A DNA stretch of 64,000 nt from contig JAFGQK010000174.1 of the NCBI GenBank assembly GCA_016935735.1, forward strand, positions 10,386 through 74,385. Reading direction: 5' to 3'. Positions 27,974-37,183 of this stretch are shown in pieces. This stretch comes from Spirochaetales bacterium. Its GTDB lineage: Bacteria; Spirochaetota; Spirochaetia; SZUA-6; JAFGRV01. Each line of letters begins with the position of its first letter. Positions within the stretch are counted from its first letter, which is position 1. Below the pieces are notes generated by a model. It ran no database searches. It worked only from the letters and a program-made list of their open reading frames with translations, and had not been told where the DNA came from. A program made the position numbers and the translations under genes.

Positions 27974-30265
27974 TTATTTTGCATGTTTTATGAGAGTAGA
28001 CACCGGAACAATGGAATACCCGCCATTAAGCAGGGCATTGATAAGGATATCGAGCTTTTTAAAGAGATAATCTTCCCTTCTCCCCCCGGGAAGACCCACA
28101 TTAACCGGGATAATTGATCCTGGCTTTTTTTCTGTCATGATTCTATTGATGAGTTCTGCAGAAGAAAGGTATATACCCCTGGTAATATCAATTTCATTCT
28201 CTGTCACCCAGTCCATTGTATCGACATCCTTGCCAATGTAGGTATAATTCATCTCCCTTGAGACTTCAATAATCTGGGAATTTACAAAGTAATAGGGGGC
28301 GTGCCAGTAAAGGGAAAGATCATACCCTGTTGCTGCAAAATATTCATCCTCGTTTATCCCGAGTCCCTTTTTAATGAACTCCCTGTCAAGGCTGTATTTC
28401 GAATCTGTCATATTAAAGTAAGCATAAAACAGGGACCCTGTTTCATGGCCTGAATTTGCTATTTCCTTTATTCCGCCAGGGTAACGGGCAATCGCTTCCC
28501 CATTAATAAAAAAGGTTGCTTTTATATGGTACTCCGAGAGTATATTCAGGATCGCAGGAAGCCCCTGGATCGAGTTAATGACATTAAAAACAATGGCGAC
28601 TTCACGTCTTCTTAAACGGGAACCGTGGTTAAATACATCAAAACTTACCGGATCATCCTTTTCCGGGAATGGTTCATACTGAATCGTCTTGTTTTCTTCA
28701 AAAAGGGGAAAGGTACCGTATGTTTCTGCTTCTATTTTCCTTACCATAATCATGTTTTTGAATATCCCGTCTGCCGATTCTGCAAAATACACCCGGTAGG
28801 ATTGGGATTCATTCGATGGTTCCCTGATCTGGAAAAGGGATGTACTGTTCCATGTTGATTCCCCGGCATTTGTTGTATAAACCTTGTTTGCCATTTTCAT
28901 AAGGATTGATTGTTCATCCTGTGAAAAACCCCATTCACCTGCTTTTGAAAGTGCGAGAAGGGTTGTTTTTTTAAGGGTAAAATTGTAGATAATAGTGGAA
29001 TGCCCCCCTGCAATAATCAGTTCCTGGTTATTCTTCCAGATCGCTTGAAGGGGCTGGGCATGCAGTACCGTTTCAAGACGCTCCCAGCTCATATAATTAC
29101 GGAGTTCCACCCTGTCTTTTTTTATGAGAATAACAGAGCGTTCATCCGGGGAAAGTACCATGTCTTTCACATCTTCATCATCCGTTTTTATGAATGCGGA
29201 AAAAGCGGTATTCTCTTTTACTGCAATCCGGAAAAGATTTATTTTCATCTGTCCGGAGACAATCTTCCGTGCCAAAACGGTAATCTGGTCTCCTTTTGAC
29301 CAGACAATGCGGGTAATTTCCGAATTTTTCGGGAGATAGAGGTAGGGGAGTGACTGGACATCCCCGACAGAGGTATAGTCATCCGATCTTAGAAAATAGA
29401 GAAAGAGGTTTCTCCCTTCCTTGCTTAAGAGTATCTTTTCCCCGTCCGGTGCGATCCAGAAATTATCGAAGTTCGGATCGAACTCGAAAGGAATTTTCCC
29501 CGATATTGTCCCTATCCGTAATATATCTTTATAAAATGACCGGGTAAAAAATTCCTTGCTCGAGATCTTCTGTACAAAGGTTCCTGCAATATAGTACAGG
29601 GAACCTGTGCCGGACCACCTCGCATTCCGGAGAATCCCTTTGCCGATTATTCTCATACTTTCTGTCAGGACCCTGTTTTCTTCCAGGTGGTCCATGGAAA
29701 AGTAATGAATATTCCCCTTTTTACTGTATACAAAATACCGTGAATCAGAAGACCAGAGGGCAGGGGGGTCTTCAAAGCTTATTTCGACATCCGTTGAAAT
29801 AAGGTGTTCTTCCATTTTATCGAGATTGCAGAGCATGAGATCCCCGTATGCATTCCGGGGATTTGAAAAGTAAACAAGATACCTCCCGTCCGGTGAACTC
29901 TGGAGCCGGGTGAGTTTCCCCTGTTTCAGAATATTATCCTGAATAAAAGACGAAAAAAGCTCAAAAGTGGCAACAGAACCGTTTTTCGTATGAATGCGAA
30001 ACACACCATATCTGTTCTGGATCTGGACCTCGTCCGAATCTTTTAAAAGCATAATCTGCTCGGGGAAATAGGTAAGCTGGTGAAGTTCGCCGGTATCAAG
30101 ATGAGTGAAAAAAAGGGTTTCATATTCTCCATAACCCGGGAAATCCGCAGACAGCTTGAAAAAAAGGATGTTGGACCGGGATATATCCATCCCGGAAAAT
30201 GTCACCTCCGGATAGGCTTTCAGGAGGAAAAATAGCAAGACTATGGCACTTATCGTTCTTTTCAC
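27974..30265 (-). CDS. Secreted polysaccharide deacetylase (CE4/NodB homology domain) with an N-terminal beta-propeller-like region.
   Basis: A signal peptide and a C-terminal NodB-like region ('HIKATFFINGEAIARYPGG', 'GHETGSLFYAYF') are present. Confidence 0.6.
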   Translation of the reverse strand: MKRTISAIVLLFFLLKAYPEVTFSGMDISRSNILFFKLSADFPGYGEYETLFFTHLDTGELHQLTYFPEQIMLLKDSDEVQIQNRYGVFRIHTKNGSVATFELFSSFIQDNILKQGKLTRLQSSPDGRYLVYFSNPRNAYGDLMLCNLDKMEEHLISTDVEISFEDPPALWSSDSRYFVYSKKGNIHYFSMDHLEENRVLTESMRIIGKGILRNARWSGTGSLYYIAGTFVQKISSKEFFTRSFYKDILRIGTISGKIPFEFDPNFDNFWIAPDGEKILLSKEGRNLFLYFLRSDDYTSVGDVQSLPYLYLPKNSEITRIVWSKGDQITVLARKIVSGQMKINLFRIAVKENTAFSAFIKTDDEDVKDMVLSPDERSVILIKKDRVELRNYMSWERLETVLHAQPLQAIWKNNQELIIAGGHSTIIYNFTLKKTTLLALSKAGEWGFSQDEQSILMKMANKVYTTNAGESTWNSTSLFQIREPSNESQSYRVYFAESADGIFKNMIMVRKIEAETYGTFPLFEENKTIQYEPFPEKDDPVSFDVFNHGSRLRRREVAIVFNVINSIQGLPAILNILSEYHIKATFFINGEAIARYPGGIKEIANSGHETGSLFYAYFNMTDSKYSLDREFIKKGLGINEDEYFAATGYDLSLYWHAPYYFVNSQIIEVSREMNYTYIGKDVDTMDWVTENEIDITRGIYLSSAELINRIMTEKKPGSIIPVNVGLPGGRREDYLFKKLDILINALLNGGYSIVPVSTLIKHAK

Positions 30266-30531
30266 CTGTACATCACCTCATGAACATCCCGGTTCCCGGG
30301 AAAAAACTATATTCCTTATGTGTAATAATTAATGTTCGGCAGATCAAGGAGTGGAGAAAAACAGGAAATGTCCATTGTTTTAAAATATAGAGCACTTTTC
30401 TGTTTTTTCAAGGTTTTTTGAGGAGAAAGGAATGTGTTTTGAATACGGTAATAAAAATATGTAGCTTTAATCAACTATATCCAGCATATATTAGTTGATT
30501 CTATAATTTTATTGTCCAGGAATCTCGATTA

Positions 30532-30674
30532 TGCTATTTTGTTAAAATCTTGTTAAAATAACAAGATTTTAACAAAATAGATAAACGTTGGCCGCCAGGT
30601 TAAATAGACCAGTATCATTAAAAGAAACCTGGATAACTCATTATTCGGGTTGTGGGCTTAAGCCTTCGTTATGG
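30532..30674 (+). repeat. Copy D of the conserved intergenic element family, with a 47-bp perfect palindrome followed by the core.
   Basis: Positions 30534-30580, 'ctattttgttaaaatcttgtt-aaa-aacaagattttaacaaaatag', form a perfect 22-bp-arm inverted repeat. The core 'ataaACGTTGGCCGCCAGGTTAaat...aaCCTGGATAac...ttgTGGGCTTAAGCCttCGTTATGg' follows. Confidence 0.6.
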
Positions 30675-30771
30675 AATTACGTGAAGGAATTCGGGAATTT
30701 ACATTACTTGACTTAAGACAATTCATTATTTAAGATAATTCAACATTTAATAATATAATAAGGAGTTTCAA

Positions 30772-31290
30772 GTGAAAAGAAAAATTATGTGTTGTATTTT
30801 ATTCCTGTTATGGGCTGTTGGATTTTTATACACCCAGGCCAGCAATACAATCGACCCGTATGAGATGACAGCAATCAGTGTATCCGGGAGAAAAGTATAT
30901 GTAACAGAACCAATATTAAAAGTTTTGGAATACGATATTGTGTATACCTTAAAGAATGCTCTCTGGGATGGATCGGTATTTACTGCTCACCGTAATGGTT
31001 TATTTGTCGTAACAGTGAGTTTTGTGAAAGACGCATACTATCATAACGGAACCCAGGATGATGTTTATGTTACAGTATATAAAGAAGATATATCCGGGGT
31101 TCGGACATCAATGGGCTTGGCCTGGAGCGGTGAGGGAACCGGGAAACGGGGAACGGGTACTTATACCGTTGTGGCGGAACTCCTGGAAGGAGAAAAAATT
31201 CTTACTGTTGCGCATGCTGCAAAGGGCGATATATGGAATTTAGAGCTTTTTAATTTAACCATCTATTCCCTGCCAAATTATGTATATTAA
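30772..31290 (+). CDS. Secreted hypothetical protein with a possible C1q/TNF-like jelly-roll domain.
   Basis: The signal peptide is 'MKRKIMCCILFLLWAVGFLYTQA'. The beta-rich C-terminal part ('FTAHRNGLFVVTVSF...VYVTVYK...GDIWNLELFNLTIYSL') resembles C1q-like domains. This is weak, pattern-only evidence. Confidence 0.35.
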   Translation: MKRKIMCCILFLLWAVGFLYTQASNTIDPYEMTAISVSGRKVYVTEPILKVLEYDIVYTLKNALWDGSVFTAHRNGLFVVTVSFVKDAYYHNGTQDDVYVTVYKEDISGVRTSMGLAWSGEGTGKRGTGTYTVVAELLEGEKILTVAHAAKGDIWNLELFNLTIYSLPNYVY

Positions 31291-31301
31291 AAGGGGGGTA
31301 T

Positions 31302-32933
31302 GTGCCGGATCAGGAAATGGTGAACGAATATAAAACATCAATTGAACTCGCATTAAGGGAACGGGTAAAGGAACTGAAATGTCTTTATATCATTAGTTCC
31401 GAAATTGAAACAGCAGAAAACCTGGAACGGGCTTTACGGAATTCCCTACAACACCTTGTGGCAGGATTCCAGTTCCCGGAAATTGCAACAGCCAATATTA
31501 CCCTGGATAATCTTTGCTTTGGTGATTGTGATACAGGAAATAAAGACAGGGATTTATGTTTAGAAGAAAATATTTTCGTAAATAAACAAAAAAGGGGTAC
31601 GGTATCCGTTTTTTACCAGAGAAAAGAAGAATTCTTACAGGAAGAAAGAAAATTACTCAAAGAAATCTCCAGCATGATAGCCCGGGCAGTTGAAAAGCAG
31701 GATTTAAAAAACAGACTTAAAGAAAATATCGAAAAGCTGGAGGTCCTTGTAAAGGAAAAAACACTGGAAGTGGAGGAATCCAACAGAAGAAACAAAGCTT
31801 TGCAGGAACTTACGGAAGCCCTTGACCGGAGCAAGAAAGAACTCCAGACCTTTTTTGCTGCTATTACGGATAGTATTGTTGTTATCGACCAGGCATATAC
31901 CATTTCCATTTCCAATAAATTATATTTTCAAAAAGGAGACAAATGCCATAAGAAATTGTTCGGGATGGATGCTGTGTGTCCTTTTTGCCCTGCAGAAAGG
32001 GCTTTTAAGGATGCATGTTCACTTAGCATAGAAACAAAAGTAGAAAACAACTATTATCTCCTCGAAGTATACCCGATTATAAATAAATCGGGTAAAGTTA
32101 TCCGTGTTCTGGAAAAATGTAGTAATATTACCAAGGAAAAGCAAATTGAATTTCAACTTGTTCAATCATATAAACTGGCATCCCTGGGCAAGCTTGTTGC
32201 AGGGGTTGCCCATGAAATAAACAACCCGAATACCTTTATCAGGGGAAATCTGAAAATCATTAAAGAAGCCCTTTCCGATATTATTCCTATCCTGGATCAT
32301 TATAATAATGGAAAAGAGAGGGACGTTACCATAGCCAGGCTTCCTTTTACTGTGTTCAAAGAGAATATCCCGGTATTGATCGATGATATGATAAACGGGG
32401 TAAACAGGATTAAAAAGATTATCGACGGCCTCAGAAACTTTGCACGAAAAAATGAAGGATTTTTAGAGGATGATATTGATATTAACAGCATTGTATATAA
32501 TTGTCTGCGATTAATAGAAAACCAGATCAGAAAGAGTGCAGAAGTAAAACTGGAACTTGCACAGGCAATTCCCGTTTTTAAGGGCAATTTCCAGAAACTC
32601 GAACAGGTACTTGTCAATATGATCATCAATGCCTCCCAGGCGATAAGCGATCAACAGGGGATTATTGCCATTAAAACGCAGTATGATGAAAAAAAGAATG
32701 AAATGATTTTATCCATCAAAGACAATGGTACAGGAATTGATGAAAGTACGTTAAAATATATATTCGATCCTTTTTTTACAACAAAAAGGGGCAAAGGGGG
32801 CACAGGACTTGGGCTTTCAATTTCCTATGGCATTATAAAAGAACATAATGGAAGAATAGAAGTGGAATCGCAAAAAGGAAAAGGAACAACATTCACTATT
32901 TTTGTTCCGGTTACACAAGGTACTATAAAATGA
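31302..32933 (+). CDS. Cytoplasmic sensor histidine kinase (coiled-coil, PAS, HisKA, HATPase_c). No TM segment is evident.
   Basis: The H-box 'HEINNPNTFIRGN', N-box 'NMIINASQA', G1 'DNGTGI' and G2 'GTGLGLSISYGII' are present. Its stop overlaps the next gene's start. Confidence 0.85.
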   Translation: MPDQEMVNEYKTSIELALRERVKELKCLYIISSEIETAENLERALRNSLQHLVAGFQFPEIATANITLDNLCFGDCDTGNKDRDLCLEENIFVNKQKRGTVSVFYQRKEEFLQEERKLLKEISSMIARAVEKQDLKNRLKENIEKLEVLVKEKTLEVEESNRRNKALQELTEALDRSKKELQTFFAAITDSIVVIDQAYTISISNKLYFQKGDKCHKKLFGMDAVCPFCPAERAFKDACSLSIETKVENNYYLLEVYPIINKSGKVIRVLEKCSNITKEKQIEFQLVQSYKLASLGKLVAGVAHEINNPNTFIRGNLKIIKEALSDIIPILDHYNNGKERDVTIARLPFTVFKENIPVLIDDMINGVNRIKKIIDGLRNFARKNEGFLEDDIDINSIVYNCLRLIENQIRKSAEVKLELAQAIPVFKGNFQKLEQVLVNMIINASQAISDQQGIIAIKTQYDEKKNEMILSIKDNGTGIDESTLKYIFDPFFTTKRGKGGTGLGLSISYGIIKEHNGRIEVESQKGKGTTFTIFVPVTQGTIK

Positions 32934-34312
32934 AAAAAATACTGGTTATTGATGATGAACAGGCAATTCTGAATTATTTAAAAATTTTTTTATTACAATC
33001 CGGGAAATTCGATATTCACCTGCTCAAAGATAGTACGAAAGCATACAAGTTACTTAAAAATGAAAACTTTGATATCTTACTCCTTGATATGGATATGCCC
33101 AAAGTTACAGGGCTGGATATCCTGTCATTTATAAACGAAAATTCCATCAATATTATTACCATTGTTCTTACCGGGGTGGAGGATATCGATCTTGCCATAA
33201 AGGCTATGAAACTTAAAACATTTGATTACCTGCTAAAACCTGTGCAGGAAGAAAAATTCACTGATATCCTGGATATGGCAATCGATAAGGCCGAGTTTAA
33301 AAAAATGAAAGATGTTTCCAATACATCGCTTTCCATGGAAAGTCTTATTCATAAACATGCTTTTTCGAATATTATTACCTGTAATGAGGAAATGCTTAAA
33401 ATATTTCATTTTGTCGAAAAGTTTGCACTTACAGACAACAGTATATTGATATGGGGGGAAAGCGGGACAGGAAAAGAACTCATAGCCCGGGCGATACATG
33501 AAATAAGCCGGAGAAAAACGAACAAGTTCATCGCAGTGAATGCAGGTTCTTTTGCTAATGAACTGTTTTTGTCCGAATTCTTCGGTCATGAAAAAGGTGC
33601 TTTTACCGGTGCAATAAAGGATAAAAGGGGGTTTATCGAAGAAGCGGCCGGGGGTACATTGTTCCTGGATGAAATCGGGGAATTATCCCTGCCCATACAG
33701 GTAAAACTGCTCCGAGTCCTGCAGGAAGAAGAGTTTTACCGGCTGGGATCAACGGAAAACAGGAAAGCGAATGTAAGGATAATTGCAGCAACCAACAAGA
33801 ACTTGTTTGAAGAAATCAACAATGGAAATTTCAGAAAAGATCTTTTCTTCCGGCTGAATATCAATTCAATATATCTCCCCCCATTACGAGAAAGAAAAGA
33901 AGATATTACTTTACTGGCTTACTATTTCCTTGAAAAATTCAATAAAAAATATGATAAAACTATAACCACTATTTCAAGTGATGTCCTTGACCTGTTAAAA
34001 ACATATGCTTACCCGGGAAACACAAGGGAATTAATGAATATTATCAACAGTGCCATTATTATAGAGACAGGTGAGGTCCTTGAGAAAAAATCACTCCCTC
34101 ATTATTTCCTGGAAAACACCTATCCGGCGGATGTTTATCCGGCGGATAAAAACAACCGGAATAATTCCCTTAAAACCCTGGAAGAAGTGGAAAAAGAGTA
34201 TATAAAAAAGGTGCTTATAAAAACGGATATGAATAAGACAAAAGCTGCAAAGATACTCGGGATTTCAAGGGTAAGCTTGATTTCCAGGATAAAGAAGTAC
34301 GAACTTGATTGA
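32930..34312 (+). CDS. Sigma54-dependent Fis-family response regulator (NtrC-like).
   Basis: A receiver domain ('ILLLDMDMPK'), 'GESGTGKE', a GAFTGA motif and a C-terminal HTH ('KTKAAKILGISRVSL') are present. Confidence 0.9.
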   Translation: MKKILVIDDEQAILNYLKIFLLQSGKFDIHLLKDSTKAYKLLKNENFDILLLDMDMPKVTGLDILSFINENSINIITIVLTGVEDIDLAIKAMKLKTFDYLLKPVQEEKFTDILDMAIDKAEFKKMKDVSNTSLSMESLIHKHAFSNIITCNEEMLKIFHFVEKFALTDNSILIWGESGTGKELIARAIHEISRRKTNKFIAVNAGSFANELFLSEFFGHEKGAFTGAIKDKRGFIEEAAGGTLFLDEIGELSLPIQVKLLRVLQEEEFYRLGSTENRKANVRIIAATNKNLFEEINNGNFRKDLFFRLNINSIYLPPLRERKEDITLLAYYFLEKFNKKYDKTITTISSDVLDLLKTYAYPGNTRELMNIINSAIIIETGEVLEKKSLPHYFLENTYPADVYPADKNNRNNSLKTLEEVEKEYIKKVLIKTDMNKTKAAKILGISRVSLISRIKKYELD

Positions 34313-34411
34313 CCATAACCTTCTATGAAATAGAATCGGACTGGTGATATTTTTACCAGCTAAAAGTTTTTGTATTGAATTGGTATATTACGAAAATGGG
34401 AGGTAAAACGA

Positions 34412-35467
34412 ATGATTACTGCAGGAATTTATGGAGGATCCGGTTATATGGGGGGCGAGGTAATCCGTATTCTCCTTGACCATCCTGAAACGGAAATAGT
34501 TTGGATTACGAGCAGGGGTGATAAACCGGTTGAGTATTTCCACCGGAATTTGACAGGCCGTGGTCTTGTGTTTGTTAAGCCGGAACAGACATCGAAATGT
34601 GATGTGGTGTTTACCGCATTACCGTCCGGTCATATCATGAGAATGGCATCTTCTTTGCTTGCTGACGGGACAAAGATCATTGACCTGGGAGCGGATTTCC
34701 GCCTGAAAAATAGGGATGATTGGGAACGAACGTATGGAATGAAGCATGAGAACTGGGATCTGGTCGCGGAAGCTGTGTACGGAATTACCGAATTGCACCG
34801 TGATGAGATTAAAAAAGCAAGGATTGTGGCAAATCCCGGGTGCTATTCTTCCGCATCAATACTGGGATTGGCGCCATTAGTAAAGAATAATATCATCGAC
34901 ACTGAACATATCATTATAGACGGACTATCCGGGACAACAGGTGCGGGTGCAGAACCGGATATGCCTTCACATCATCCGGAAATAGCGAATAATATTGTTC
35001 CGTATAATGTTATTGACCACCGCCATACTTATGAAATCGAGCAGGAATTACAGAATTTATCGGACAGCCGGGCTATTGTGCACTTTACAAGCTGTTATGT
35101 GCCGATTACAAGGGGAATCCTTGCAATATGCCATTGTTTTCCAGAGAAAAGTATTTCAAGGAATGAATTAATTGAGTTGTTCCGCCAGTTTTATACAGGG
35201 CATCCTTTTATTAACATCGTCGATATGCCGAAAGAAAAGAATGTGTCATGGCAATATCTTCCCTATCCATGGGTCGCAGCCGTTTCAGGGTCTAATTACT
35301 GCCATATCGGCCTTGATATTGACGAAAAACGAAACAGGATTGTCGTATTCAGTGTTCTGGACAGCATCGGAAAAGGAGGCGCCCAGGTAGGAGTACAGAA
35401 TATGAATCTCCTGTTCAATCTGCCGGAAGAAACAGGATTACAGAGAACCGGTTTGCATCCGTATTGA
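34412..35467 (+). CDS. argC: N-acetyl-gamma-glutamyl-phosphate reductase.
   Basis: The NAD-binding N-terminus 'ITAGIYGGSGYMGGEVIRIL' and the active-site Cys motif 'ANPGCYSSA' are present. Confidence 0.85.
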   Translation: MITAGIYGGSGYMGGEVIRILLDHPETEIVWITSRGDKPVEYFHRNLTGRGLVFVKPEQTSKCDVVFTALPSGHIMRMASSLLADGTKIIDLGADFRLKNRDDWERTYGMKHENWDLVAEAVYGITELHRDEIKKARIVANPGCYSSASILGLAPLVKNNIIDTEHIIIDGLSGTTGAGAEPDMPSHHPEIANNIVPYNVIDHRHTYEIEQELQNLSDSRAIVHFTSCYVPITRGILAICHCFPEKSISRNELIELFRQFYTGHPFINIVDMPKEKNVSWQYLPYPWVAAVSGSNYCHIGLDIDEKRNRIVVFSVLDSIGKGGAQVGVQNMNLLFNLPEETGLQRTGLHPY

Positions 35468-35680
35468 TGGTATCCTGTAAAAATGAAAGACTATAATCAA
35501 CATCGTGTGTAGTAAACCCCTTGAATTTTTATTCATTTTCTTGTAATTTAATAACAAAATAGAGGGAATTATTATTGGTAGAAAAAACCGTGATGCCATC
35601 CGGTTGCAGAAACATTCATGGCGCCAGACGAAAATATCCATTGCCGAAATAATAATTGATGAGTATGTTTAATATATAAA

Positions 35681-37177
35681 ATGAAAAGTTTAAGTTTAAA
35701 ATTAAGTGTCTTATATATATTTCTCGCTATCCTTAATATCTCGTTTTTTACTATTATTATATTTGAAAACCAGATCGATCTGATAACAGAAACATCAAAA
35801 TATCAAACTATTGATTTTGCAAATAAAATCTACTACCAATTCGAAGATCTGAAACAGGAAATAAGTGAAAGGGAAGAACCCCTCACAGAAGAAAAACTTT
35901 ATATCGATATCCGTAATGCCCTGGAAGATATTCTTTATGAGTATATTATATTCAATCAATCAGGATTGGTTCTCTATCAATCAAGTCCGGCATTCTCACT
36001 CAAAGACAAGTACAGAACAAATGGCCAGAAGGCACTGACAAAGAGCGATTTCCTGGGAGAACCTTATACCTTTGATGTTGATGAGGAAGCCCGGGAGATA
36101 CTTTTCTATATCCCGATAAACTTCCCGATACAGAACATTGAACAACTGGTACTTCTTTTTAAACTCGGGATGAAGGATATTGATAAAAAACTCACTACCC
36201 TTTACTCCCTGGTTATTGTCATTATCGTGACTATTGCCCTTTTTCATATTATCTTTGGTTTTTTCCTTCACAGGATTGTGATATCACCAATAAAGACCCT
36301 GGCCTACACAAGTACCGAGATAAGCAAAGGGGATTTATCTGCCAGGGTAAAACTCAGGAAAAAGGATGAAATAGGCCGGCTTGGTGTTGCATTCAACAAT
36401 ATGGCAGATTCTGTGCAGGAGACCATTACAAAACTCGATGAACAAAACAAGCTTATGCGCTTTGAACTTGCCATGGCGAGTGCCGTTCAAAAATCCATTT
36501 ATCCTGCTATCCGTAAAACAAAGTACTTTGATGTTGCAATTTATCACAGACCATATATGGAAGTAAGCGGGGATTATCATAACATCTATCACCTGGGAGG
36601 GAACAAATACGGGATTCTCATTGCAGATGTTGCAGGTCATGGTGTTGCCGCTGCCCTTATTACCATGCTTATAAAGGAAAGGTTCGAAGAACTTGCAGGA
36701 AAATTTGCAGATCCGAAGGAACTCCTCCAGCGGATCAATATAATATTCAAAGATTTAATGGTCGACTATGAGAAATATTTTACGGCGTTTTATCTGATTA
36801 TCAATAAAAATACCCAGGCGCTTTTCTCCAATGCCGCACACCCGAAGGCAATTCTCCTCAGGGAAAGCAATGTGTATCATCTTTCTGTAAAAGGGATACT
36901 GATAGGAGTTTCCCAGATGATGGAGGACGCATTTGAAACAAAACGAATCGCTTTAAAAACGGGGGATAAAATTATTCTTTATTCAGACGGGATAACAGAA
37001 GCGATGAATACACGGAATGAAGAATACGGGATAAAGCGGCTTACCCTGGTATCACAGAAAAATGCCCCGAAAACATGCGATGAGATAGTAAAAGCAATCA
37101 CCGCCCACTTCCACGACTTTACACAGGGAGCAAAACAGTCGGATGATGAAACCCTTCTGGTAATCGAGATTAGGTAA
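35681..37177 (+). CDS. Membrane-anchored HAMP-domain PP2C/SpoIIE-family serine phosphatase (RsbU-like).
   Basis: The N-terminal TM region is followed by a HAMP domain ('IKTLAYTSTEISKGDLSARVKL...LGVAFNNMADSV') and a PP2C domain ('EVSGDYHNI...ADVAGHGVAAAL'). Confidence 0.8.
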   Translation: MKSLSLKLSVLYIFLAILNISFFTIIIFENQIDLITETSKYQTIDFANKIYYQFEDLKQEISEREEPLTEEKLYIDIRNALEDILYEYIIFNQSGLVLYQSSPAFSLKDKYRTNGQKALTKSDFLGEPYTFDVDEEAREILFYIPINFPIQNIEQLVLLFKLGMKDIDKKLTTLYSLVIVIIVTIALFHIIFGFFLHRIVISPIKTLAYTSTEISKGDLSARVKLRKKDEIGRLGVAFNNMADSVQETITKLDEQNKLMRFELAMASAVQKSIYPAIRKTKYFDVAIYHRPYMEVSGDYHNIYHLGGNKYGILIADVAGHGVAAALITMLIKERFEELAGKFADPKELLQRINIIFKDLMVDYEKYFTAFYLIINKNTQALFSNAAHPKAILLRESNVYHLSVKGILIGVSQMMEDAFETKRIALKTGDKIILYSDGITEAMNTRNEEYGIKRLTLVSQKNAPKTCDEIVKAITAHFHDFTQGAKQSDDETLLVIEIR

Positions 37178-37183
37178 TGACAT

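Noticed and set aside
30468-30500. A 9-bp inverted repeat AATCAACTA...TAGTTGATT upstream of element D.
   Set aside because: It is short and AT-rich, and such a repeat is expected by chance in this AT-rich spacer. It is not conserved at the other element copies.
4598-30674. Reading the repeated element simply as a canonical σ54 promoter.
   Set aside because: The -24 TGGC and the spacing fit, but the near-invariant -12 GC is absent in all four copies. About 60 nt of additional conserved sequence downstream would be unnecessary for a promoter. I keep this only as a hypothesis.
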